In this document: in pieces, positions 10,151 to 20,209 of the stretch | Numbering within the stretch: position 1 is the first letter of the stretch | Layout of the letters: each line of letters starts with the position of its first letter | Source: Candidatus Caccocola faecigallinarum | GTDB lineage: Bacteria > Synergistota > Synergistia > Synergistales > Synergistaceae | NCBI GenBank assembly: GCA_018712745.1 | Contig: DVGL01000027.1 | Coordinates: 66,929-130,928 of the forward strand | Reading direction: 5' to 3' | DNA length: 64,000 bases | The notes under the pieces: model-generated | Seen by the model: only the letters and a program-made list of their open reading frames with translations | Databases searched by the model: none | Told to the model about the DNA's origin: nothing | Made by a program: the position numbers and the translations under genes

Positions 10151-11590
10151 TTAGAAAATCTTTCCCTGCTGCGCCTTGTCTTCGCCCGCGGACAGGAAGT
10201 CCTCGCCGCCTTCGAGCGGGAGCTGCTGGACGTTCTTCAGCGCGCGGTTTATCGCGCGAGTGCGCACGCCGGCGTTGTCGAGCTCCTTGCCCGCGGCCTC
10301 TATTTTTTCGCGCGTCTTTTCGAGCACGACGCCGAATTTTTCAAATTCCGTCTTTACCTTGCCGAGAAGCACCCACACCTCGCTCGACCGCTTCTCTATC
10401 GCGAGAGTGCGGAAGCCCATCTGCAAACTGTTGAGCAGCGCGCATATCGTCGTCGGCCCGGCTGGGACGACGCGGTACTCGCGCGATATGCGCTCGCAGA
10501 GGCCGTCGAGGCGCAGCACCTCGGCGTAGAGCCCTTCGATTGGTAAGTAGAGTATGCCGAAGTCGGTCGTATGCGGCGGCTCGATGTATTTGTCGTGTAT
10601 CGCCTTCGCCTCGTCGAGCACGCGGGCGCGCAGAGCCTTCTGCGCCTCCGTGAGCGCCGCGGCGTCGCCGCGCTCGGAGGCCGCCGTTATGCGCTGGTAG
10701 TCCTCCATCGGGAATTTCGAGTCGATGGGCAGGTAGACGGTCGCGCCGCCCTCGCCGCGGCCCGGAAGCACGACGGCGAACTCCACGCGCTGCCCGCTGC
10801 CTGGGCGCGTCTCGACGTTCTCCGCGTACTGCTCCTTCGTCAGCATCTGCTCAAGCAGGGCGCGGAGCTGCATTTCTCCCCACGTTCCGCGCGCCTTGAC
10901 GTTCGAGAGGACCTTCTTCAAATCGCCGACGTCCGAGGTCAGCGCGCGCATCTCGCCGAGCCCCTTGTGTACCTGCTCGAGCCGCTCGGAGACCGAGGCG
11001 AAGGCCTCGCCGAGCCGTTTTTCGAGCGTCGCGTGAAGCTGCTCGTCCACGGTCGCGCGCATCTTTTCGAGCTTTTCCTCGTTGCCCTTCTGCATCTCGC
11101 GCAGCTTTTCCTCGACGGTCGAGCGCATCGCCTCGAGCTTGTCTTCGTTGAGGCGGCTGATGTTCGCGAGCTGGTTCGAGAAGGCCGCGAGGCTCTCCGT
11201 CTGGCTCTCGCTTATCTCCTTGATGCGCGCCGCCTGCGCCTCTCCGAGCGCCGCGAGCTGCTTCGCAAAGTTCTGGAAGCTGTCGCGCTGCACGCTGCCT
11301 ATCTCCATCACGCGCTTCGCCTGCGCGTCGCCGAGGACGGCGAAATTCCGCGCCTGCTCCGCGCGTCCCGCCGCCGCCGTCTCGTTCTGCTCGCGGCGCA
11401 TCGCGGTCAGGTTCTTCGCCAGCGTCTCCTCCGTCTCGTCGAGCCTCGCCTCGACACTTTGCAGCCGTGTCAGCAGCTCGCGCGCCGTCTGCTCCATCGC
11501 GCCAGCGCTCTCGCGGAAGCGCGACATCGAAAAGGCGACGTAGACGACGGCCAGAATAATCGCCAATCCGGCCCCTATCAAAATGGGCAT
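10151..11590 (-). CDS. rmuC: DNA recombination protein RmuC
   Basis: N-terminal TM, coiled coil, RGTWGEMQL, PIDSKFP, GFRTLAIEKRSSEVW. Confidence 0.92.
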   Translation of the reverse strand: MPILIGAGLAIILAVVYVAFSMSRFRESAGAMEQTARELLTRLQSVEARLDETEETLAKNLTAMRREQNETAAAGRAEQARNFAVLGDAQAKRVMEIGSVQRDSFQNFAKQLAALGEAQAARIKEISESQTESLAAFSNQLANISRLNEDKLEAMRSTVEEKLREMQKGNEEKLEKMRATVDEQLHATLEKRLGEAFASVSERLEQVHKGLGEMRALTSDVGDLKKVLSNVKARGTWGEMQLRALLEQMLTKEQYAENVETRPGSGQRVEFAVVLPGRGEGGATVYLPIDSKFPMEDYQRITAASERGDAAALTEAQKALRARVLDEAKAIHDKYIEPPHTTDFGILYLPIEGLYAEVLRLDGLCERISREYRVVPAGPTTICALLNSLQMGFRTLAIEKRSSEVWVLLGKVKTEFEKFGVVLEKTREKIEAAGKELDNAGVRTRAINRALKNVQQLPLEGGEDFLSAGEDKAQQGKIF

Positions 11591-12000
11591 CAAACAAAAC
11601 ACCTCCGTTCAGATGCACATATTATATAGTCAGACATTAGGAAAATAAAATAGGCTTGATATATACAAATAAAATTTGCGGACGCGGCCCGCACGCGCGT
11701 GCAAAGAGGCGCGTGCGGAGACATGACGGCGAGGCCTCGGAGAGCCGCCGCACCTTATCGAGCGCGGCGCATTTTGTGATTCCGCGCAGAGACGCAACGC
11801 GCCGCCCACATTAGCGGAAATCCAGAATTTCCCGGCGCATTACCGGCGCCCTACTGGCGGGGCGTTTGAAGCCGCCGGCCTCCGCGTCGAACGCGGGGCG
11901 ACGTAACGGCCGTCTCTTATATAAAGTTCAATAAGTATAAAATTTCCCGCGGGCGGCGAGCCGCGGCGCGGGAATATCAGTCGGAGAATATGCGCGCTTT

Positions 12001-12648
12001 TCAGTCCAGCGTCAGGAAGCCTTCGCGTATCGCGTAGCGCGTGAGCTCCGCCATGCTGTCGCAGCCGAGCTTGTCCATTATGCGGCGGCGGTGCGTGTCC
12101 ACGGTGTTCTTGCTTATCGCGAGCGCGTCGGCTATCTGCTTCGCGTTGCGCCCCTTCACGAGCAGCGCGAGAACCTCGCGCTCGCGCTCGGAGAGCGGGT
12201 TCGCACCCTCGGCGTTTTCGCCGCCGAGCAGCCGCAGGTAGTCCTCTACGAGCACGGTGCAGGCCTTCGGCGAGAGGTAGACGTCGCCGCCGCGCACGGT
12301 GCGTATGGCTTCGAGCATGACCTCGGGCGAGCATTCCTTCAGCACGTAGCCGCGCGCTCCGGCCTTGAGCCCCTCGGCGATGAAGCGGCGGTCGTTGTGC
12401 ATGGAAATTATGATGACCGCTATCTCGTCAGACGCTTCGCAGATTTTTTCCGTCGCGAGGATGCCGTTCATGCCGGGCATCGTCACGTCCATCAGCACCA
12501 CGTCGGGGCGCAGCTCGAGCACAGCCTTCACCGCCTCCGCTCCGTCCGCCGCAGCTCCGGCTATCTCGAAATCCTCTTCCTTCGTCAGAAGGCTGCGCAG
12601 CCCTTCGCGAAAGAGCTCGTGGTCGTCGGCGAGAAATATTCTTATCAT
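12001..12648 (-). CDS. NarL/FixJ family response regulator
   Basis: MIRIFLADDH, DVVLMDVTMP receiver domain, LuxR HTH (LSEREREVL). Confidence 0.92.
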   Translation of the reverse strand: MIRIFLADDHELFREGLRSLLTKEEDFEIAGAAADGAEAVKAVLELRPDVVLMDVTMPGMNGILATEKICEASDEIAVIIISMHNDRRFIAEGLKAGARGYVLKECSPEVMLEAIRTVRGGDVYLSPKACTVLVEDYLRLLGGENAEGANPLSEREREVLALLVKGRNAKQIADALAISKNTVDTHRRRIMDKLGCDSMAELTRYAIREGFLTLD

Positions 12649-13769
12649 TCGGCTTCCGCGCCCTCCTCTTCGTCCCCCGTGCGCAGCTTGAGCGGCGCGA
12701 GCATGGAGACGGTCGTTCCCGATTCGTTTGAAATTATGCGCAGCTCGCCGCCGATGTGCAGCAGCCGCTCCCTTATGCTGAAAAGGCCGAGGCCGCCCCT
12801 GCGTCCGCGCTTTTCCGCTAAGTCCGGGCGCATTCCGACGCCGTCGTCCTCTATGACGACCTGTATCTTGTTCGGCCCGCGGTTGACGCTTATGTGTACG
12901 GACTTGGCCTTCGCGTGCTTTATGACGTTTATGAGCACCTCGCGCGACATGCGGTAGAGTATTATGCAGACCGCGTCGTCTGCGGGATAGTCCTTGAGCG
13001 TGCCGCGCGTCGTGACGTACCACTTTATCCCGCGCGGTATCAGAAGCTTGTCGGCGAGCGCCTCGAGCGCCGGAGTGATGCCGACCTCGAGAAGTATCGG
13101 CGGGCTCAGCTCGAATATGAGCGCGCGGCTCTCGGTTATCATCTCTTCGGTCGATTTTATCGAGTTATCGATTATGCGCCCCGCCTCGCCCTCACCCTTG
13201 TATATCTCCTTGAGCCTGCGCAAGTCGAGCATCAGCGCGAGCAGCGAGTGGCCTATGCTGTCGTGCAGGTCGGTCGCTATCTCGCGCCGCGTCGTCTCCT
13301 CGCTTATCGTGAGCTGCGTCGCGAGCTCGCGCAGCATTGAGCGGTATTCGAGCAGCTTTTTCTGCTTTTCCTTGAGCTCCTCCTCGGACTTTTTAAGCTC
13401 CGTCCTGTCGAGGAATATGGTCGCCGCCCTGCCGTGCGGCAGCGGGAAGGCTATCGCCTCGAGGTACTTGTCGGTGTAGACGCTTTCGCTTTCGCAGTGG
13501 ACGGCGCGGTTCTCGCGGACGCAGCGCTCGATTATCTCCGACCAGCAGGGCTCCACGTAGGGCCACACCTCGCCGAAGGTCCTGCCGACGACCTCCTCGC
13601 GGCGCACCTTATGCACCACCTCGTATGCGTGGTTGATGTCTATGTAGCGTATGGCGCTCGAGCCGCGGTCTCCGATGTCGGGCTCTATCTCGTAGAGCGC
13701 TATCGGGTTGAACTCCTGCTCGTAAAAGAACTTTTCAAATAAGCCGTCCTGATTGATGATGCCGTCCAT
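12645..13769 (-). CDS. cytoplasmic PAS-like HisKA_3 sensor histidine kinase
   Basis: RREIATDLHDSIGH, NVIKHA, DDGVG, GLGL; overlaps the response regulator. Confidence 0.9.
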   Translation of the reverse strand: MDGIINQDGLFEKFFYEQEFNPIALYEIEPDIGDRGSSAIRYIDINHAYEVVHKVRREEVVGRTFGEVWPYVEPCWSEIIERCVRENRAVHCESESVYTDKYLEAIAFPLPHGRAATIFLDRTELKKSEEELKEKQKKLLEYRSMLRELATQLTISEETTRREIATDLHDSIGHSLLALMLDLRRLKEIYKGEGEAGRIIDNSIKSTEEMITESRALIFELSPPILLEVGITPALEALADKLLIPRGIKWYVTTRGTLKDYPADDAVCIILYRMSREVLINVIKHAKAKSVHISVNRGPNKIQVVIEDDGVGMRPDLAEKRGRRGGLGLFSIRERLLHIGGELRIISNESGTTVSMLAPLKLRTGDEEEGAEAE

Positions 13770-13813
13770 TTCTTTCGTTCAAACCTTCTTTATTGTCTGC
13801 AATTTACTGTATA

Positions 13814-14578
13814 TTACTTGCCCCACGGGCAGGAACCGAGGCAGAGGCCGCAGATGCCAATGCCGTAGACCGCCTCCACCTTGTCGAAGAAGTCGTAGCA
13901 TTTTTGCACGTCTATGCGCGCGGAGAGCGGGTCCTTCTCGTCGAAGGCGCGCCCGTGAAGCGCGTGCGCGGGGCACGCGTCTATGCAGCTGCGGCACGAG
14001 CCGCAGCGGTTCTCTATCGGGGCGTCCGGCTCGAAGGGCGCGTCGGTCAGCACCGTGCCGAGGCGCAGCCGCGGGCCGACCTCCGGATTGACGAGGCAGC
14101 AGCTCTTCCCTATCCAGCCGAGCCCCGCGTGCGCCGCGGCGAGCCTGTGGCTGAACACGTCGATTATCTCAAAGCCCAGCTTCGGCAGCTTCTCGCCCGC
14201 CTCGTCCGCCGCCGCGACGGCGTAGTGGAGCTTTTCCGGGTGCGCCGTAGGACGGTAGTCCGTCGCGTCGAGCGGATAGGCGCGGAAACCCGCGCGCTGA
14301 AGCTTTATCGCGACGGCCGTGCTGATGCGCTCTATCTCGCGGTTCAGCATCAGGTAGATGGTCTCGTAGTTCCGCGTCGGCCCGTTAAGCTGCTCGTTGA
14401 CGACCTCTTTCGGGAAAAAGAGTGCGAACGACACGGCGCGCGGATATTCCGCGAATGAATCGCCGTATGTCGCGCGCACGAAATCCGCGGCGGCGGTCAG
14501 GTCCGCTATGCCGCAGACGTCGGCTCCCTTCGCCCGCGTAAATTCGAGAATTTCTTCCTTCGTTGCGTTCTTCTCCAT
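13814..14578 (-). CDS. QueG/reductive-dehalogenase-like 4Fe-4S dicluster protein
   Basis: HRLAAAHAGLGWIGKS, GPRLRLGTVLTD, CxxCxxCxxxCP and CxxCxxxCP. Confidence 0.75.
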   Translation of the reverse strand: MEKNATKEEILEFTRAKGADVCGIADLTAAADFVRATYGDSFAEYPRAVSFALFFPKEVVNEQLNGPTRNYETIYLMLNREIERISTAVAIKLQRAGFRAYPLDATDYRPTAHPEKLHYAVAAADEAGEKLPKLGFEIIDVFSHRLAAAHAGLGWIGKSCCLVNPEVGPRLRLGTVLTDAPFEPDAPIENRCGSCRSCIDACPAHALHGRAFDEKDPLSARIDVQKCYDFFDKVEAVYGIGICGLCLGSCPWGK

Positions 14579-14750
14579 GACGATTCCTCCCTGCATCTGT
14601 TTTCTGATAAAGCCCCAAAAACGACGAAAAGCGCCGCGCGCGAAGCGCGTCAAAAAAAATTCGCGCGCGCCTGCTATAATAATACCCGTTTTTCCGCGCC
14701 TCCGCCATAAAAAACGGCCCGCGCCGAAGCGCGGGCCGAAAGCGTTGCGT

Positions 14751-15746
14751 TTAGATGTTTTCGTCTGCCCTGACTATATGCACTGTGTCCTCGCCGAACC
14801 AGTCGTAGTAGTTCGCCTTCGGTTCGCGCATACGGCGCAGCCGCTCGACGCTCGTCCCGATGATGTACATAGGCATCGCGGGTTCGATGAGGTTCTGTCC
14901 GTCGGCGGAATAACGCGCGCGGACTTCTTCGAGCTCCGCCTCCGTGTCGGCCGCGAGCACGAGTATCGTCCAGTTCTCCTGGTCCATCGAGTCGTCGTCG
15001 GCGTAGCCCGGGACGTAGACGCGGCGCTGGTCGAGCATGAAGAGGTGCAGCTTCCCTATCGCGTCGTATATATCCTCTGGCGTCTTGTCCGAGGTGCGCA
15101 GGAAGAAGAACCTGTCCGCGTCCTTGATGTGGAATATGTCGTCTGGCAGACGCTCGAGCTCGCGGTAGGCCTGGAAGTCGTAGCGGCCGCGCAGCACGAG
15201 GTTGAAGTTCACAGTGCCGGCCTTCGCGCCGCTCTCCGCGCGCCATTCGTCAAGCGCCGCCTGTCCCGGCACGGGCTTGCCGCGCGAGGCCATGCCCCAG
15301 TCGGGGAAGCGTTTGAGGAAGGACTTCACGAGCTTGTGCTCGGGCCATATATAGCGCGTCCTTTCCCCCTCGCGCGTCCAGAGCTCTTTGCGCGAGAGCT
15401 CGGGCGCGAACGGCAGAGTTTCGTCCACCGTGTACTCCTTGAGCCCCATCGGGAAGAGTCCCGTGAAGGCGCGGCAGTCCATCAGATGATAGAAGCGGTT
15501 GTTCCAGAGCGCCTTCTCCGCGTTGAACTCGCCTATAGGGGAGACGGGAAGGAAGGACTCGCGCGCGAGCTTGACGCGCATTTTTTCTCCCGCGGCGGTG
15601 AGGACGTAGCCGTTCCCCGCCTCGGCGAGCAGCCCCTGCTCCGCGAGCTCGGCGAGCGAAGCGGCGTCCTCGCCCGCGAGGGCGGCCGTCTCTTCGTCCC
15701 AGCACGGGAACTTTTCTTCGTACAAAAGCAGAGTCTGTTCCGACAT
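14751..15746 (-). CDS. hypothetical protein, last gene of the betaine reductase operon
   Basis: 331 aa ORF with RBS, 27 bp after the BCCT gene, followed by a terminator. Confidence 0.75.
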   Translation of the reverse strand: MSEQTLLLYEEKFPCWDEETAALAGEDAASLAELAEQGLLAEAGNGYVLTAAGEKMRVKLARESFLPVSPIGEFNAEKALWNNRFYHLMDCRAFTGLFPMGLKEYTVDETLPFAPELSRKELWTREGERTRYIWPEHKLVKSFLKRFPDWGMASRGKPVPGQAALDEWRAESGAKAGTVNFNLVLRGRYDFQAYRELERLPDDIFHIKDADRFFFLRTSDKTPEDIYDAIGKLHLFMLDQRRVYVPGYADDDSMDQENWTILVLAADTEAELEEVRARYSADGQNLIEPAMPMYIIGTSVERLRRMREPKANYYDWFGEDTVHIVRADENI

Positions 15747-15773
15747 ATCTTTCCTTCCCCTTTTATGATTTTT

Positions 15774-17294
15774 TTACTTCAGCTGCGCTTTCTTCTCTTC
15801 ATTGAGAAGGACCTTATAGAACGCGACGCACGAGCAGACCATGATCAGCGAGAAGGGCATGGCCGCGGCGAGCGAAACGGTCTGGAGGTTCTGAAGTCCG
15901 CCGGTGAGAAGAAGAACCATAGCGAGAGCGCCCATGAGGATGCCCCAGACGAACATCTTGCTCTTCGGCGGGTTCAGCGAGCCTTCCGTCGAGTACATCG
16001 AGAGGACGTAGGTGCCGGAGTTCGCCGAGGTGACGAAGAAGGTCACGATGAGCACGAGCATGAGGACGGACATCGCAAAGCCGCCCGTGTAGTTGAGGAA
16101 CATCTTGAATATACCGACCGAGATGTCCTGAAGGACCGCGGCGGAGATGTTGATTTTGTCGACGAGCTCGAGCTTAAGCGCGGAGGTTCCGAAGATGCCG
16201 AACCAGGTGAGGCTTCCGAGCGCGGGGACGATGAGGACGCCGGCGATGAACTCGCGGATCGTGCGTCCGCGCGAGATACGCGCGATGAAGGAGCCGGAGA
16301 AGGGCGCCCACGCAATCCACCAGGCCCAGTAGTAGAGCGTCCAGTTGCGGAGGTGATCCTCGTAGCCGCCGCCGTAAGGCGCGGTCATGAAGGATTCCTT
16401 GATGAGGCCGCTGATGTAGTCGCCGAAGCTCATGACCGTCGAGTTGAGTATCGCAAGCGTCGGGCCGACGCAGAAGAGCGCCGCCATGATGACGAAGCAG
16501 ATGCGGATGTTCCAGTCGGCGACGAACTTGATTCCCTTGTCTATGCCGAGCACCGCAGAGCCGGTGTAGAGGAATACGAGGAAGGCGATGATTAAGAGCT
16601 GCACTATCGTTGTCTGCGGGATGCCGAAGAGTTCTTTCAGTCCGCTGTTGAGCTGGAGCGTACCGAGGCCGAGCGAGGTCGTAAGTCCCGCGAGCGTCGC
16701 GAATATCGCGAGGATGTCGACGGTCTTTCCGAAGGCGCCGCGCACGCGCTCCTCACCGACGAGCGGGATGAAGATCGTGCTTATAAGTCCGGGCGCGTTG
16801 TGGCGGAACTGGTAGTAAGCGAGCGGAAGGGCGATGACGGAGTATCCGGCCCAGGGATGGAGTCCCCAGTGGAAGACCGTTATCTGCATAGCGTCGCGCG
16901 CGGCCTGGATGGAGCCGGGCTCAGCGCCGAGCGGGGTCGAGCCGAAGTAGAAGAGCGGCTCGGCGGCTCCGTAAAAGACGAGGCCGACGCCCATACCGGC
17001 AGAGAAGAGCATCGCGACCCACGAGAGGTTGCTGTACTCGGGGCGGGAATCCTCGGGGCCGAGGCGCATTTTGCCGAAGCGGCTGCATCCGATGAAGAGG
17101 CAGAAGGCGACGAAGATGTTCATCGTAAGCAGATAGCCCCAGCCGTAGTATTTTGTAAGGCCGCCGTTGAGCGCCTTGGCGAACGCGCCGAAGCTGTCCG
17201 GGGAAACGAGGCCCCAGGCGACGACGGCGATGGTAATCACGAGAGAAACTATGTATACGGAATTGCTCTTAGTTTCTGAGCTGTTGCTTGCCAT
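15774..17294 (-). CDS. BCCT family (glycine betaine/choline/carnitine) transporter
   Basis: LFSAGMGVGLVF, FHWGLHPW, YWAWWIAWAPF, RISRGRTIREF. Confidence 0.95.
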   Translation of the reverse strand: MASNSSETKSNSVYIVSLVITIAVVAWGLVSPDSFGAFAKALNGGLTKYYGWGYLLTMNIFVAFCLFIGCSRFGKMRLGPEDSRPEYSNLSWVAMLFSAGMGVGLVFYGAAEPLFYFGSTPLGAEPGSIQAARDAMQITVFHWGLHPWAGYSVIALPLAYYQFRHNAPGLISTIFIPLVGEERVRGAFGKTVDILAIFATLAGLTTSLGLGTLQLNSGLKELFGIPQTTIVQLLIIAFLVFLYTGSAVLGIDKGIKFVADWNIRICFVIMAALFCVGPTLAILNSTVMSFGDYISGLIKESFMTAPYGGGYEDHLRNWTLYYWAWWIAWAPFSGSFIARISRGRTIREFIAGVLIVPALGSLTWFGIFGTSALKLELVDKINISAAVLQDISVGIFKMFLNYTGGFAMSVLMLVLIVTFFVTSANSGTYVLSMYSTEGSLNPPKSKMFVWGILMGALAMVLLLTGGLQNLQTVSLAAAMPFSLIMVCSCVAFYKVLLNEEKKAQLK

Positions 17295-17380
17295 GGCTAA
17301 AAGTTACTCCTTTCACAATACTGAGGAACGAAAAGCCCCCGGAGAGCGGAGGAATGCGTCGCTCTCCGGAGGATGTACCG

Positions 17381-18685
17381 TTATATTTTGAATACCGTCG
17401 GTCCCTCGACTTCTTTGGTGAGGGCGTCGAGCGCGACTTCCACACGGTGGGTGCGGAGCGTCCACTCTTCTTCTTTCGAAAGGTTCGGGTCTCCGAGCGG
17501 ATAGGGGACGGAAACCGTCGGGACTATCCTGTTGGAGCCGACCGTCTTGGCGACGTCGAGAAGGTTGCACATAACGACGACGGGGATTCCTGTACGCTCG
17601 ATTTCTCTGGCCATCGTTGCACCGCAACGAGTACAGGTTCCTCAGGTGGCTGTAAGGACCACGGCGTCAACGCCCGCGGCGTGCAGCTCGGCGGCGATTT
17701 CCTTACCGAACTTGGCGGCGAAGTTCTGCGTGGTTCCGGTTCCGACCGTTACATAGTAGTAGTCGTAGAGTTTCTTGAATTTGCCCTGCTTCTCAAAGAA
17801 GCGCATCGCGTCCACGGGAACTCCGCGGTCGGGAACTGCGCACATAGCCGCGGGGTCGAATCCGGCGTGAATCGTCTTGAATTCGGTCGAGGGCAGGCAG
17901 TCCTTTCCGGCGATGTTGTATTTGCCCCACTTCTGAGCGGAAGCGCTCTGGATGTGGTCGGGGTTGTCAAGGGGTACGACGCCGCTCGAGGAGACGAGCG
18001 CTATCGTGCACTGGCTGAGGTCCTTGACGGCCGCTGCCGGCGGGACCTTGTCGGTCTTCGGGATGACGAGCTCGGTCTGGAAGGGCTCGCCGTTGAGCTT
18101 CTTGACGAGCATGTCGATGACGCGGTCGGCGGCCATGACGTTTCCGGGAGCCGGGATCTCGCTGCGGATTCCGCGCGGGAAGTAGCCTTCGTCAGCCGCG
18201 GGAAGGAGCTGCTCGCCCTTCGCGACCTTCTCGGCGTACTTCGCCATGAGCGTGAGGTCGTCCTTCATGAAGGTCGCCTTGCGTCCGCCCTTGAAGATCG
18301 GGAACTCGGTTCTGTACTCGGCGACGCCGGGGTTCTCTTCGTTCATCGAGCTGAAGACGGGAACGTTGTAGCGCTCCTTGACGGCCTTGCAGATGATGCC
18401 GCAGCCTACGCCGTAGCGTCCGGCCATGAACGCCGGGCCCGCGAAGAACATGTCGAACTCTTTGCCGTCGAGCCACGCGAATATCTCTTTGAGAGCCTCT
18501 TCGGTGTGGTTGGTGATGTAGTTGTCGCCGCAGACGATGGTGTTCGTGACTTCGACGTCCGGCATCATGCCGTTGAGCATCATCGAGCAGCCGATTATGC
18601 CGTCGTGGAATATCGGCTTCGCGTCCGCCGCGTCCTCACCGCCGACCTGTCCGAAGAACTGGTTGATATAATGTATAGCCTTCAT
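17381..18685 (-). CDS. grdH: betaine (glycine/sarcosine/betaine family) reductase selenoprotein B, Sec at TGA 17642-17644
   Basis: HYINQFFGQ N-terminus; read-through gives TAT-U-GTCTRCGATM (UxxC), joining ORFs 17642..18685 and 17381..17614 in frame; hairpin CGTTGC-GGT-GCAACG downstream. Confidence 0.88.
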
Positions 18686-18698
18686 TATTCCGTCCTCC

Positions 18699-20006
18699 TT
18701 AGAAATCGGCGCAGCTTCTGCGCGAGTAGCCGCTGATGTGGTTAGCGCAGAACATACCGTTGTTTTCCATTACGCAGCTGCCGTCGGGGTTGATGCAGCC
18801 TTCCCAGCCGCCGGAGTTTCCGTCGCGCGCGAGCGCTTCGAGCTCTCCGATGACTTCCATCGCGGGCATCTCGTAGAACTGCGAGACGTTTCCGGTGGTG
18901 ACGAGCGCGTCGGTAGCCGGGTTCATCGAAACGAGCGGCTGCGAAGCGCCGTCGCGTCCGGTGGCCTCGTCGGAGAGTCCGATGGTCTTGATGCCGAGGC
19001 GCTCAAGCTCGACGAGCATCGCCGTGTAGTCGACGTCGGGGTTGCCGTAGCCTTCTTCGGCGACGACCGCGCCCTGCGCGCCTATCGCGACCGCTATCTG
19101 GCCCGCGATCTGTACGCAGCGCTGCTTCTCTTCCATCTTCGGGTTCAGCGTCGACATGATGACGCCGAGGAAGTTGATGGTCTTGCCGTGCTCGGCGTAG
19201 AGGCGCTTGAGCATCGGGTTCGTCGAGAACTCGTAGGTGGAAATCTTTGAGGAGCTCGGCATGAAGCTTCCGGAGACGAGGCATCCGTCGAGAAGCTCGT
19301 TCGGGTGCATGAGCGTCGGGAGCATTCTGTTGCCGTCCCATCCGTAGATGAGCGTGTTGTAGCCGAGGGCTTCCATCTGCGTCTGCGGCTGGAGCACGTA
19401 GACGACGCCGGGGAGCTTCTTGACCTCTTCGCTGCGCTCCGCAAGCGGCGGCAGCTCGTAGGTGTCTATCTCTTCCGGCTCCATGTCGCGCACGCACTCG
19501 GCGATGTGCTCGGCGAGGCGGAGCGTCGCCCAGCGGATGGCGTGGTTGCGCTTCTGCTGCTCGCGCTGCTCGTCAAGCTCGTCGGTGTCGGCGATGAGGA
19601 CGAGGTTCGGCATGTCGCCCCAGATCGTGTAGTGCTGGTAGGGGCCTCCCATGTCGAGAAGTCCGTCCTGGAATCCGCCCCAGTGCTTGCCGACGGAGAG
19701 GAGCGAAACGCCGTCGAGGACGTGCGTTCTTCCCATACCCGCCTGTCCGAGCGGCGAGGTTACGCCAGGATAGGCGCCTTCTCCGCCGCTGACCTTGCAG
19801 CGGAACTCGACAGAATCCTTAACGGGGCAGAGCCTCACCATATCGCCGGGATGCACGATCCTGAGATCGGCGTCGGTGATGTGCTTGTCCTCGCGGACGC
19901 ACGCGAGGGCGTCGTCCTTATCTACGGTAAGAACGCCGTTCGCGTAAGCCGTCTTGTCGCCAAAGACTATGTCCTTGACCATGAATTTTCCAATTTCCAG
20001 CTTCAT
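18699..20006 (-). CDS. grdI: betaine reductase component B proprotein-type subunit (GrdI/GrdE family)
   Basis: HPNELLDG, EEGYGNPD, DEATGRDG motifs; SGSFMP instead of the GrdE SGNC cleavage site; BCCT in the operon. Confidence 0.8.
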   Translation of the reverse strand: MKLEIGKFMVKDIVFGDKTAYANGVLTVDKDDALACVREDKHITDADLRIVHPGDMVRLCPVKDSVEFRCKVSGGEGAYPGVTSPLGQAGMGRTHVLDGVSLLSVGKHWGGFQDGLLDMGGPYQHYTIWGDMPNLVLIADTDELDEQREQQKRNHAIRWATLRLAEHIAECVRDMEPEEIDTYELPPLAERSEEVKKLPGVVYVLQPQTQMEALGYNTLIYGWDGNRMLPTLMHPNELLDGCLVSGSFMPSSSKISTYEFSTNPMLKRLYAEHGKTINFLGVIMSTLNPKMEEKQRCVQIAGQIAVAIGAQGAVVAEEGYGNPDVDYTAMLVELERLGIKTIGLSDEATGRDGASQPLVSMNPATDALVTTGNVSQFYEMPAMEVIGELEALARDGNSGGWEGCINPDGSCVMENNGMFCANHISGYSRRSCADF

Positions 20007-20067
20007 AGTTTTCCTCCTTTTTCTGCCAGAAATATAAAACTCAACTGCTTGCCGGAGTTTAACAAAA

Positions 20068-20085
20068 TAGTGAACGACTTAACAA
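20068..20085 (-). promoter_or_regulatory. putative Rex operator upstream of grdI
   Basis: Minus strand TTGTTAA-GTCG-TTCACTA fits TTGT(G/T)AA-N4-TT(C/A)ACAA. Confidence 0.5.
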
Positions 20086-20209
20086 TGGCGAAAAGAGTGA
20101 CGGCTTTGTAACGTTTTGCGTGACACGCGGCGTACAATCGCACAAATCGGAAATTTGAGCTATCATAGACGCAGCAAGGAAACATATAAAACAGGCAGGG
20201 GGACATCAG

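Noticed and set aside
11640-12000. Hairpin-rich 360-bp intergenic region as a possible ncRNA
   Set aside because: GC-rich palindromes like these occur throughout the intergenic DNA; no recognisable family motif or clear promoter-terminator pair.
14397-16595. Long alternative-frame ORFs (this 732-aa one, 42503..44665, 23313..25010 and others)
   Set aside because: Antisense shadows of real genes, expected at high GC3; no RBS or motifs.
17642-17644. Premature stop making grdH a pseudogene
   Set aside because: It is the canonical Sec codon in the UxxC motif and is followed by a SECIS-like hairpin.
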